The notes under the pieces: model-generated
Seen by the model: only the letters and a program-made list of their open reading frames with translations
The model's database searches: none
What the model was told of the DNA's origin: nothing
Translations under genes and position numbers: made by a program
Source of the DNA: Methanocaldococcus indicus
Lineage (GTDB): Archaea; AGJL01; Methanococci; Methanococcales; Methanocaldococcaceae
NCBI RefSeq assembly: GCF_049554935.1
Contig: NZ_CP186926.1
Location: 1,216,001 to 1,280,000 of the forward strand
Reading direction: 5' to 3'
Length of the DNA: 64,000 nt
Part shown: in pieces, positions 31,333 to 40,661 of the stretch
Layout: the number at the start of each line of letters is the position of its first letter
How positions within the stretch are numbered: the first letter of the stretch is position 1

Positions 31333-31357
31333 TCTAAAATTATTTTTGGAATCGTTT

Positions 31358-32251
31358 ATGGAAAAGTTATATTCTAAAGTTGGAGATATATCTAAACTTA
31401 AAGAAATTATTAATTCTTTAGAAAATTTTACTGGAATAATTAGGTTAGATAATGCTTTTTTATTTTATAAAAATTCCAAGTTAATAGCCTCTAAATTAAA
31501 TGATAAAGATGAATCTTTGGAGTATATTATTTCTATTTTGCCAGAAAAGTTTTTAATAGAAGTTTATAAGGTTGATGATGTAGATAATTATTTAAATAAC
31601 TTTAAAGCTGATGACTTTTTTATTGAAGTATCTAAAATTCCCATTGTAAGGAATAATTCTATTATTATAAATAAATATTCTGACATATATAAATTTATAA
31701 ATGATAGTAAAGTTATCTTTTATCCAAAGAGATTTAAAAATGAGAAATTTATAGTCATCTATAAAAATAAAAAAGAAATATTTTGTGCATTTTTTGGTAA
31801 AAAGGAAATTTTTGGTAGAAGAGCATTATCTAAATTAAAGACAACATTTGCAGTAAGTGAGTTTTTAGTAAAAATAGATAATATAGATGATGAGCAGATT
31901 AAAAAACTTAGAGAAGAATTTAATAATAAGGGATTTTTATTTATTGAAGATGATTTTAATAGCTTAATAAAAAAGATAACTCAAAAAGAACCAATAGTTT
32001 ATGAAAACAAATCTTTAAGTGATGTTTTAGATGATTTATCTTTAATAAAGGTTGTTGGCAGTGATGTGGGATATATTATCTCAAAAAACAAAAAACCTAT
32101 ATATGCATTTTTAAAGGACTATGAAGGTAAGAAATCATATAGATTAATAAAAAGTATGTGTTTAGTTGAGGATGTTAAATTTTATATATATCCATTAACA
32201 AAAGAAGAACTTAAAGCTTTTGAAATATTTGAAGATAACAAAATAAAGTAA
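31358..32251 (+). CDS. Hypothetical protein (DUF2226-like)
   Basis: Long ORF with FTGIIRL..FLFYKNSKLIAS-type repeats resembling methanococcal DUF2226 proteins. Confidence 0.6.
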   Translation: MEKLYSKVGDISKLKEIINSLENFTGIIRLDNAFLFYKNSKLIASKLNDKDESLEYIISILPEKFLIEVYKVDDVDNYLNNFKADDFFIEVSKIPIVRNNSIIINKYSDIYKFINDSKVIFYPKRFKNEKFIVIYKNKKEIFCAFFGKKEIFGRRALSKLKTTFAVSEFLVKIDNIDDEQIKKLREEFNNKGFLFIEDDFNSLIKKITQKEPIVYENKSLSDVLDDLSLIKVVGSDVGYIISKNKKPIYAFLKDYEGKKSYRLIKSMCLVEDVKFYIYPLTKEELKAFEIFEDNKIK

Positions 32252-32253
32252 AT

Positions 32254-33099
32254 TCAATAAAATTTTATATTTTTTCTTATCAGTTCTTTATATTTCTCTT
32301 CATCAGGAACTGTTAAAATCTCTTTTGAAGGTAGTTTTATAGAAGCTCTGAATCCATATTTTTTGGCTATTTCAGTTGCTATTTTGTTATATTTATACAA
32401 CTGATTAAATAATTCTTCATTTAATTCAGCATTGTAATCAGCATACTGCAAACAACAACCTTCTCTCCATAAATGCCTATCTCCCACCTCATGAGCTTTC
32501 TCAATTTTTAGATTGTAGTATTCTTGAAGCTTTAATATATCTTCATAAGCCAACCTTATCAATGGTCTAAAAAACAAAAGTTTATATTTTTTTGGAACAG
32601 GTGTTAGTTCCATTCTATTATAGATAACATCTCCATACTCTAATCTAAGATAGTTCATAACTGCTCCAACTATTCTATCTAATGCAGAATCTCCTGTTAG
32701 TATAACTTTTATATTATTCTCTTTTGCAATATCAGCTGTAAAATCTTTCATAATATTTTTACAAATTCTACAAATACTTCCTCCTTTTGCTCCTTTTATC
32801 CTTCTTAATAGTTCTTCACTAATATCTTTATAAATAACTGGAATATCAAATTTTTTTGATAGATATTCTACATTTTTCTTTGCTATTTCCCAGCTCCATC
32901 TATGATAAAAATGAACTAAATATTTAACATCAATACCACATTCCAAAGCCAATGCAACAGCAACAGCACTATCTTTTCCACCAGAAACCATAGCAATAGC
33001 TTTTTTATCAATATTCTTAAACTGCTCTCTTATCTCATTTTTTAATTGCTCTAAATTATTTAATTTTCTTTTTGTTTTAGTCCATTCTGAAAATTCCAT
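32254..33099 (-). CDS. PP-loop (N-type ATP pyrophosphatase) protein with CxxC and CC motifs
   Basis: MVSGGKDS PP-loop, SICRICK, RPL, EGCCLQY. Confidence 0.75.
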   Translation of the reverse strand: MEFSEWTKTKRKLNNLEQLKNEIREQFKNIDKKAIAMVSGGKDSAVAVALALECGIDVKYLVHFYHRWSWEIAKKNVEYLSKKFDIPVIYKDISEELLRRIKGAKGGSICRICKNIMKDFTADIAKENNIKVILTGDSALDRIVGAVMNYLRLEYGDVIYNRMELTPVPKKYKLLFFRPLIRLAYEDILKLQEYYNLKIEKAHEVGDRHLWREGCCLQYADYNAELNEELFNQLYKYNKIATEIAKKYGFRASIKLPSKEILTVPDEEKYKELIRKNIKFY

Positions 33100-33105
33100 A
33101 AAAAT

Positions 33106-34203
33106 TCACTGAATAATATCTTTTAAAATCTCTAAAAACTCTTTAATTTCTTCAAATGTTCCAATAGATATTCTTACATAGTTATCTCCTAAACCTTCAA
33201 AAGATGAGCAATCTCTTACAATAACACCTCTTTTTAAAAGTTCTTCACAAAAATCTTTTGACTTCATAGTTTTTAGCTCAACCAACAAGTAGTTTGCCTC
33301 AGAAGGATAAACATTAATATCTTTGAATTTTTTAAGTTCTTTGTATAGGTATTCCCTAACTTTTATCCCTTCATTAACACAAAAGTTAAAAAACTTTCTA
33401 TCTCTTAAAGCTCCTATTGCACCTACTTGGCTCAATCTTGTTAAGCTAAATGTAGGTTTAACTCTCATCATATAACTTATTATATTTTCATTAGCTACTC
33501 CATATCCAACTCTTAAACCAGCTAATCCAAATACTTTGGAGAATGTTCTTAAAATTAGGATATTATCATAATCATTAATTTTCTTAGTCCAATCATACTC
33601 TTTTTTAGCATACTCAATATATGCATGGTCAATAACAACTAATGAATTTTCTGCCTCTTCAATTATCTTCTTTATATCTTTATTGTCAATTATATTTCCT
33701 GTTGGATTATTTGGAGAACATAAAAATATTACCTTAGTTTTATTAGTTATTTGACTCAAAACACTATCAACATCTAACTTAAAATCTTTTTCTTTATCAA
33801 ACTTAGCAAATCTTATTTTTGCTGAATAAATATCAGCTAATAATCTATATTGTGTAAATGTAGGAATAGGAATAATTACTTCATCATCTTTATCTACAAA
33901 AGTTTTAAAAATCACATCTAAAATCTCATCAGCTCCATCACCTCCAACAATTATATTTTTTTCATCAACTCCTAAAAATTTACTTAACTCATTCATTAAA
34001 ATTGGATTTATTGGCTCTGGATATTGATGGATATTATCTAATTCATCTAAAATTAATTTTTTGGCTAATTCAGAAGAGCCCCAAGGATTCTCATTAGAAC
34101 CAAGTTTTATAATCTTCTTTAAATTATATCTTCTCATTATTTCCTCTTTTGATTTTCCTGGCACATAAGGTTTTAATTTTTTTACATTTTCTTTAACTTC
34201 CAT
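33106..34203 (-). CDS. hisC: Histidinol-phosphate aminotransferase
   Basis: [45 protein letters not shown]. Confidence 0.95.
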   Translation of the reverse strand: MEVKENVKKLKPYVPGKSKEEIMRRYNLKKIIKLGSNENPWGSSELAKKLILDELDNIHQYPEPINPILMNELSKFLGVDEKNIIVGGDGADEILDVIFKTFVDKDDEVIIPIPTFTQYRLLADIYSAKIRFAKFDKEKDFKLDVDSVLSQITNKTKVIFLCSPNNPTGNIIDNKDIKKIIEEAENSLVVIDHAYIEYAKKEYDWTKKINDYDNILILRTFSKVFGLAGLRVGYGVANENIISYMMRVKPTFSLTRLSQVGAIGALRDRKFFNFCVNEGIKVREYLYKELKKFKDINVYPSEANYLLVELKTMKSKDFCEELLKRGVIVRDCSSFEGLGDNYVRISIGTFEEIKEFLEILKDIIQ

Positions 34204-34323
34204 ATTTACTCTCCTCCACCAACTGGATATAAACTATTATCAATCTATAATTAAAAAGCTTAATGAATTTTTGAAGTTATTAAAAATTTTGATAACTAAA
34301 AATAAATATTTACTCTACACAAA

Positions 34324-34747
34324 TAGAGGTTGTCGAAAAAACATAAAATGTGGAGTAAAGTAATAAAAAATATGAGCAGAGGAAAATACAAAAAAAGACA
34401 ATGATACTGGAAAATATATGATAGAAAATAGGAAATAATAATATAGTATAGTAATGTTATAATAAACTTTATTTTAGGTATTATAAATAATTTATGTAAA
34501 GAAAATCCCAAAAAATCTGAGAATTTTTAATGAAGAGAATATATAAACTTAGAGGGGTCATTAAAGCGAGATTTAGAGGCTTTGAAACAAAAGACAGACT
34601 AAAATTAAACGAGAAATTAGAAAAAAGTAAAGACATTTATTTATTATCAACCACAATTTCTCATAATATCTTATCACTTGCTTATATGGTCTAATCTACC
34701 AATATTATTAAATTTTTTTCCTTCTTATAATTTTTCGATAACCTCTG
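34324..34747 (+). mobile_element. Decayed IS / MITE-like element with terminal inverted repeats and a DDE transposase remnant
   Basis: Left end (T)AGAGGTTGTCGAAAAA 34324-34340 versus the reverse complement of the right end, (C)AGAGGTTATCGAAAAA 34731-34747. Flanked by CTCTACACAAA (34313-34323) and CTATACCCAAA (34748-34758), 9/11 identical. Internal frame 34530-34694 encodes IYKLRGVIKARFRGFETK...ISHNI. Confidence 0.8.
34530..34694 (+). pseudogene. Transposase C-terminal fragment (Y-x2-R-x2-I-[E>K]-x2-F)
   Basis: 54-aa frame resembling the YREK helix of IS4/IS5-like DDE transposases, with the catalytic Glu replaced by Lys. Lies inside the inverted repeats. Confidence 0.6.
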
Positions 34748-34803
34748 CTATACCCAAAGTTTTAAATGAATATGTTTGATTAATTATTAAAAAAATAATT
34801 TAA

Positions 34804-35433
34804 TTATTTAAATTTAATTGCTTTTTTTCTACATACCGAATAGCATTCAAAACATCTTATACATTCCATCTGATTTATATTTTCAGTCAATTTTATTTGC
34901 ATAGGACATTTAAATTCACACAATCTACATTTTACACATCTATCAAAATCTATCCTTAACTTTACTACTGAAATTTTAGAGAATAAACTCAATAATGCTC
35001 CAACAGGACAAATATATCTGCAAAAAAATCTTGGAATGTAGAAAGATAGTACCATAAATACTACTAATAAAAATACTCCTAAAACTAACATTTTAAATTT
35101 TATTCCAATAACAAATAATATAGTTATCATTACTAATACAAAGTATTTTATATAAATTAGTTTATTGTGAAGTTTATCATCAATTTTTGGAAGTTTTCTT
35201 AATTTGGATATTTTGACTCTTAACTTATATGATAAATCAAACAAAAATCCAAATGGACACATCCATCCACAATAAACCCTACCAAATATTAAAGCTAAAA
35301 CAACAGGAATAACAATCAAATAACTTAGATAAGAATACATAAATCTAATAATACTCAAATTAAACTTATTGACTAATAAGTATCTAATAAAGAATATTGA
35401 TTGTGAGATTCTTCTAATTGTTTGAAGTTTCAT
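34804..35433 (-). CDS. Membrane 4Fe-4S binding protein (NapH/MauN-like)
   Basis: GRVYCGWMCPFG and RFFCRYICPVG motifs, two CxxCxxCxxxC ferredoxin motifs, TM helices. Confidence 0.88.
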   Translation of the reverse strand: MKLQTIRRISQSIFFIRYLLVNKFNLSIIRFMYSYLSYLIVIPVVLALIFGRVYCGWMCPFGFLFDLSYKLRVKISKLRKLPKIDDKLHNKLIYIKYFVLVMITILFVIGIKFKMLVLGVFLLVVFMVLSFYIPRFFCRYICPVGALLSLFSKISVVKLRIDFDRCVKCRLCEFKCPMQIKLTENINQMECIRCFECYSVCRKKAIKFK

Positions 35434-35564
35434 AATCTCTACCATCTCTAAAATTAAATTTATTTTATTTATCTATTTATGTTGCTCTTAATTATAAATA
35501 GCTATTTATGTTTATCTCATCCAAATTTGATATAAAAATTCATAAAAAGTAATAAGGTGGTAGT

Positions 35565-37328
35565 TTGAGATTAGCTATTATAGATTATGAAAGATGTCAG
35601 CCAAAAAAATGCTCATTGGAATGTATAAAGTACTGTCCAGGAGTAAGAATGGGAGAGAAAACTATTGAATTAGATGAAAAAACAGGAAAACCTGTAATAT
35701 CAGAGGTTTTATGTTCAGGATGTGGGATTTGTGTAAAAAAATGTCCATTTAAGGCAATATCAATAATTGGACTTCCTGAAGAGTTAGGAGAGGATAAGAT
35801 AGTTCATTCCTATGGACAGAATAGATTTAAATTGTTTGGATTAGTTGTGCCAAGAGAGGGTGTAGTTGGAATTATAGGACAGAATGCAATAGGTAAATCT
35901 ACTGTTATAAGGATTTTAGCTGGAGAATTAATTCCTAATTTAGGAAAGCATGATGAAAATATAAGTTATGATGATGTTATTAAATATTTTAGAGGGACTG
36001 AACTACAAAGTTATTTTGAACTTTTAAAAGAAAAAAAGATAAAGCCAATTCATAAAGTTCAGTATGTTGATATTCTACCTAAGGTTGTTAAAGGTAAGGT
36101 CGGGGAGTTGTTAAAGAAAGTGGATGAAAAAGGGATGTTTGACTATGTTGTTGAAAAGCTTGAATTAAAAAATATCTTGGATAGAGAGTTGTCTCAACTT
36201 TCAGGAGGAGAGTTGCAAAGAGTTGCTATTGCTGCTGCTTATTTAAGAGAAGGAGATATATACTTCTTTGATGAGCCCACATCTTGGTTAGATGTCAAAC
36301 AAAGGTTTAATATGGCTAAGTTGGTTAGAGAACTCAATAGAGTTGTAGTTGTTGAGCATGACTTAATTGTTTTAGATTACTTATCAGATTTTGTTCATAT
36401 CATGTATGGAGTTCCAGGAGCTTATGGGATAGTTTCCTTACCTAAAAGTGTAAGAGTTGGAATAAATGAATATCTCTATGGAGAACTAAAAGAGGAAAAT
36501 ATAAGGTTTAGGAAAGAACCTATAATTTTTGAGAAAAGGGCTGTTATTGATTACAAAAATAGACCTACTCTTTTAACTTACTCATCTATAAAAAAGAGTT
36601 TAGGAAGTTTTAAGTTGGAAGTTGAAGGAGGAACAATATATAAAGGGGAGGTTATAGGCATTTTAGGACCTAATGGAATAGGTAAAACAACATTTATAAA
36701 GTTGTTGGCAAATGTTATAACTCCTGATGAGGGAGAAGTTATTAAAGATAAAGATATTAAAGTATCTTACAAACCTCAGTATATAACTCCTGATTATGAT
36801 GGAACTGTTGAGGATTTATTATCTCAGGTGGCAAATATACACTCTTCCTACTATAAAACAGAAATATTAAATCCACTTCAATTAGAGAAGTTGTTAGATA
36901 GGGAAGTTAAAGAACTCTCAGGAGGAGAGTTGCAAAGAGTTGCTATTGCATTATGTTTAAGTAGAGATGCTGATATCTATTTATTAGATGAGCCCTCTGC
37001 TTTCTTAGATATTGAACAAAGATTAGCAGTCTCAAAAGTAATTAGAAGGACAGCAGATGAAAAAGAAGCAGGGATTTTTGTTGTTGACCACGATATTCTC
37101 TTCCAAGATTATATATCTGATAGATTTATAGTATTTAGTGGAGAACCAGGAAAGTATGGTAAAGGTAGCTCTCCACTAAATAAAAGAGAAGGTGCTAATA
37201 GATTCTTAAAAGAGATGAATGTAACATTTAGAAGAGACCCAGAAACTGGAAGACCAAGGGCTAATAAAGAAGGTAGCCAAAGAGACAAAATACAAAAAGA
37301 AAAAGGAGAATACTACTATGAAGAGTAA
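35565..37328 (+). CDS. rli: ABCE1/RLI ribosome recycling ATPase
   Basis: N-terminal Fe-S domain (CQPKKC...CSGCGICVKKCPF), two NBDs with LSGGELQR, and TFRRDPETGRPR. Confidence 0.96.
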   Translation: MRLAIIDYERCQPKKCSLECIKYCPGVRMGEKTIELDEKTGKPVISEVLCSGCGICVKKCPFKAISIIGLPEELGEDKIVHSYGQNRFKLFGLVVPREGVVGIIGQNAIGKSTVIRILAGELIPNLGKHDENISYDDVIKYFRGTELQSYFELLKEKKIKPIHKVQYVDILPKVVKGKVGELLKKVDEKGMFDYVVEKLELKNILDRELSQLSGGELQRVAIAAAYLREGDIYFFDEPTSWLDVKQRFNMAKLVRELNRVVVVEHDLIVLDYLSDFVHIMYGVPGAYGIVSLPKSVRVGINEYLYGELKEENIRFRKEPIIFEKRAVIDYKNRPTLLTYSSIKKSLGSFKLEVEGGTIYKGEVIGILGPNGIGKTTFIKLLANVITPDEGEVIKDKDIKVSYKPQYITPDYDGTVEDLLSQVANIHSSYYKTEILNPLQLEKLLDREVKELSGGELQRVAIALCLSRDADIYLLDEPSAFLDIEQRLAVSKVIRRTADEKEAGIFVVDHDILFQDYISDRFIVFSGEPGKYGKGSSPLNKREGANRFLKEMNVTFRRDPETGRPRANKEGSQRDKIQKEKGEYYYEE

Positions 37329-37776
37329 GAAGGTTTTAGCTGCAGGAACTTTTGATATTCTTCATCCTGGACACTATGAATATTTAAGGTATGCTAAAAG
37401 TTTAGGGGATGAGTTAGTTGTTGTTATTGCAAGAGATAAAACAGTTGAAAAAATAAAAGGTAGAAAACCAATAATTCCAGAAGAACAAAGAAGATTTATG
37501 GTTGAGGCACTAAAACCAGTTGATAGAGCAATTTTAGGTAGTATAAATAATATGTTTGAACCAATTATTAAAGAAAAGCCTGATATTATAGTTTTAGGTC
37601 CTGACCAGGAAACTTTTAAAGAAGAAGAATTAAAACAAAAATTAAAAAATTTTGGTTTAGATGTTGAGGTTGTTAGATTTAAAAATTATATAAGATGTCC
37701 ATTCCATAGTTCCTATGATATTGTAAAAGAAATATTAAGAAGGTTTAATAAATGCTACCAAGAGAAGAAGCAATAA
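37318..37776 (+). CDS. ribL: FAD synthase (cytidylyltransferase family)
   Basis: GTFDILHPGH, VVIARD, EEQR, PDIIVLGPDQ and C-terminal CPFHSS. Confidence 0.85.
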   Translation: MKSKKVLAAGTFDILHPGHYEYLRYAKSLGDELVVVIARDKTVEKIKGRKPIIPEEQRRFMVEALKPVDRAILGSINNMFEPIIKEKPDIIVLGPDQETFKEEELKQKLKNFGLDVEVVRFKNYIRCPFHSSYDIVKEILRRFNKCYQEKKQ

Positions 37777-38801
37777 GAATAATAAAAAAATATATTCCAA
37801 GATATAACTTAAATAATGAAGAAGATATAAAAAAACAACTTTTAAGAGAGTTAATTAAGAACAACTTACTAATAAAAACTGATGATAATACATATACACT
37901 TCCAACTTATGGAGAATTAATGCATTCTAAGGTTGGAGCTTTAACTGAAAGTATATATAAATTTGCAATTCCTTCAAAAATAAAATTTAAAAATAAACCT
38001 AAAATTTTAGATTTATGCTCAGGTTTAACATACAATGCAGTTGCAGCTCTTCATTACAATATTGAGAGTAGAATTGACTTAGTAGAGATTTGTGAAGAAG
38101 TTCTTTTCCTTTCTATATTTTTAGATATTCCTTTAAAAGAGCATGAAATTGTTAAAGATAAAATAAGAGAATACTTTTTAAATAAAAGAGGGATTGAATA
38201 CACATCTTCATATAACAATATAACTGTAAATGTTGTTGATGCAAGAGAATTTATTAAATCAAAAAGATTAGAGTATGATGTTATTTTTCATGATGCTTTC
38301 TCTCCTAAAAGAGACCCTACATTATACACCTTAAATTTTTTAAATAATTTATATAAATCTATGAAAAAGAATTCAGTTTTATTGTCTTATTCATCCTCTA
38401 TCCCATTCAGAGCTGGTTTGGTTGAAAGCAACTTCTATATAACTGAGGAAAAAAGTATAGGGAGAAAAAGAGGAATTACTTTGGCATATAAAAACTATAA
38501 TGAAGGTAGAATAAATTTAGTGGATGAAAGAGTTATAGCTTTATCTATCAATTCAATTCCTTATATAGGGAATGAGAAAGAAGAAATTATTAAAAATAGA
38601 GAAAAACTGAAAGAGAAATTAAAAGATAAGCTTATAAAAATGAATAAATATATATCCACAAAAAGAATTAAGAGAGGAGCTATTCCAGAGCATATTTTAG
38701 ATATTCAGAAAGAAAATTTAAACTCAACACTAATTATAAAAAAGATAAGAGAATACTATTTTAATGAGAGTAGTATTTTAAATATACTGGTGGAAGAATG
38801 A
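37752..38801 (+). CDS. MnmC-like SAM-dependent tRNA methyltransferase
   Basis: KTDDNTYTL...GELMHS.VGALTES, ILDLCSGL.YN, FHDAFSP..DP.LY. Confidence 0.8.
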   Translation: MLPREEAIRIIKKYIPRYNLNNEEDIKKQLLRELIKNNLLIKTDDNTYTLPTYGELMHSKVGALTESIYKFAIPSKIKFKNKPKILDLCSGLTYNAVAALHYNIESRIDLVEICEEVLFLSIFLDIPLKEHEIVKDKIREYFLNKRGIEYTSSYNNITVNVVDAREFIKSKRLEYDVIFHDAFSPKRDPTLYTLNFLNNLYKSMKKNSVLLSYSSSIPFRAGLVESNFYITEEKSIGRKRGITLAYKNYNEGRINLVDERVIALSINSIPYIGNEKEEIIKNREKLKEKLKDKLIKMNKYISTKRIKRGAIPEHILDIQKENLNSTLIIKKIREYYFNESSILNILVEE

Positions 38802-39445
38802 AAGTTAAAGATTTAATGGATAAAAATTTTGTTAAGATTTATGAGGATTATAGAATTATTGATGCAATAGAAAAACTAAAAAAGAAAAAAAGATTTTCTG
38901 CACCAATATTAAATAAAGAAGATAAATTAATTGGGTGGATAACTACTTTAGAATTGTTGGGATTAAAAGAAAAAGAATTTAATGAAAATATAACTAAAAT
39001 TATGCTTCCTAAGGAAGATGTTATTTATGTTTATGAAGATGATGAAGCAAGAGATGTAGTTTTAAAGTTTGTTAAATATAAAGTTGTTAGTATTCCTGTA
39101 TTGTCAAGAGATGGTAGAGTTGTAGGAATGGTTAGAAATTGTGATATTGTTAAGACATTAGCTAAGCTTTATGAGATTCCTGTCTATAAAATTTTTAAAG
39201 AGCTCCATAACTATCTTAAAGATGTTAGTTGGGAAGAATTAATGGAAGCAGCTGCAATAGTAACAAAGAAAACAACTGGGAAAGATATAACTCCAAAAGA
39301 ATATGAGGAAATAATTAAAAAAACAACATTTGGAAAAGCTATATGGGAATGTGGAGGTTTAGAGAAGTTCTTTGTTGGATTAGTTGAGATTGGAATGGTT
39401 GCATTAGCAAGAAAATTGGCAAAAGCCAGAGGGAAAAAAGCATGA
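38798..39445 (+). CDS. CBS domain protein
   Basis: CBS pair (KVKDLM...APIL..LIGWIT; SIPVL..VVGMV) plus a helical C-terminal domain. Confidence 0.85.
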   Translation: MKVKDLMDKNFVKIYEDYRIIDAIEKLKKKKRFSAPILNKEDKLIGWITTLELLGLKEKEFNENITKIMLPKEDVIYVYEDDEARDVVLKFVKYKVVSIPVLSRDGRVVGMVRNCDIVKTLAKLYEIPVYKIFKELHNYLKDVSWEELMEAAAIVTKKTTGKDITPKEYEEIIKKTTFGKAIWECGGLEKFFVGLVEIGMVALARKLAKARGKKA

Positions 39446-39837
39446 ATATTAAAGAGGAATTAGAAAAAATAATTTATAGAAAAGATTATGATTTATGGAA
39501 ATTCTTAGAGAAAGCTTATGAGAAAAATATAAAGTTGGATTTTGGTCATTTTATCCTTTTAAATATTTTAATTGGAATAAATGAATTATATTCTAAATTA
39601 ATAGAAAAGTATGGAAAAGACAAAGCCAAAGAGATTTTAGAAAATTCAGATATTTTTGTAAAAAATACTGACTTTATTTCAGGAGAATTTTTAAAGAGTT
39701 ATATAAATAGAAAGAGTAGAGTGGCTGTTCATAATAGAATTAGTGATTTAAAAAAATTAGGTTTTGTTATAGAGAGTAAAACTGGCCCTTATGGAGGCTA
39801 TAAGTTAATAGACACTCCAGAATGGTTTAAAAATTAA
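39442..39837 (+). CDS. Hypothetical winged-HTH protein
   Basis: ISGEFL...SRVAVHNRISDLKKLGFVIESKTG..GGYKL resembles a BirA-type HTH_11. Confidence 0.65.
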   Translation: MNIKEELEKIIYRKDYDLWKFLEKAYEKNIKLDFGHFILLNILIGINELYSKLIEKYGKDKAKEILENSDIFVKNTDFISGEFLKSYINRKSRVAVHNRISDLKKLGFVIESKTGPYGGYKLIDTPEWFKN

Positions 39838-39847
39838 AGGTGGGATT

Positions 39848-40645
39848 TTGGACATTTTAATAGTTAATGATGATGGAATATATTCTCCTTCATTAGTTTC
39901 TCTTTACAAAGCTTTAAAAGAAAAATTTAAAAATGCAAATATAACAATAGTAGCTCCAACAAATCAGCAGAGTGGTATTGGGAGGGCTATAAGTTTATTT
40001 GAGCCATTAAGAATGACTAAGGTAAAGTTAGATAAAGATATCTATGGTTATGCTGTTTCAGGAACTCCAACAGATTGTGTTATCTTAGGAATATATCAAA
40101 TCTTAAAGAAAGTTCCTGATTTGGTTATATCTGGAATAAACATAGGTGAAAATTTAGGAACTGAAATTATGACCTCTGGAACATTAGGAGCAGCTTTTGA
40201 AGCAGCACATCATGGAGCTAAGGCATTAGCTTCTTCATTACAAATGACTACTGATGACTTTAAATTTAGTGAGTTATCTATTCCAATAGATTTTACAATT
40301 CCTGCTAAAATAACAGCTGAGATTGCTGAAAAATATTTAAAATATGATTTACCTTGTGATGTCTTAAATTTAAATATTCCTGAAAAAGCTAATTTAAATA
40401 CACCAGTTGAAATTACAAGATTAGCTAAAAAAATGTACTCTACACATGTAGAAGAGAGAAAAGACCCAAGAGGTAGGCCATACTATTGGATAGATGGATA
40501 TCCAATTTTTGAAGAAGAGGAAGATACTGATGTATATGTTCTAAGAAGAAAAGGACATATATCCATAACCCCACTAACATTAGATACAACAATAAAAAAT
40601 ATAGATGAATTTAGAAAAAAATATAAAGATATTTTAAAAATTTAA
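39848..40645 (+). CDS. surE: 5'/3'-nucleotidase SurE
   Basis: ILIVNDDG, VAP..QQSG, GTPTDCV, SGINIGENLG, SGTLGAA. Confidence 0.95.
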   Translation: MDILIVNDDGIYSPSLVSLYKALKEKFKNANITIVAPTNQQSGIGRAISLFEPLRMTKVKLDKDIYGYAVSGTPTDCVILGIYQILKKVPDLVISGINIGENLGTEIMTSGTLGAAFEAAHHGAKALASSLQMTTDDFKFSELSIPIDFTIPAKITAEIAEKYLKYDLPCDVLNLNIPEKANLNTPVEITRLAKKMYSTHVEERKDPRGRPYYWIDGYPIFEEEEDTDVYVLRRKGHISITPLTLDTTIKNIDEFRKKYKDILKI

Positions 40646-40661
40646 ATTTTTGTGGAATGTT

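Noticed and set aside
34296-34511. 71-aa hydrophobic minus-strand ORF
   Set aside because: Lies across the decayed IS element and its left end; its hydrophobicity reflects the T-rich complement of A-rich DNA.
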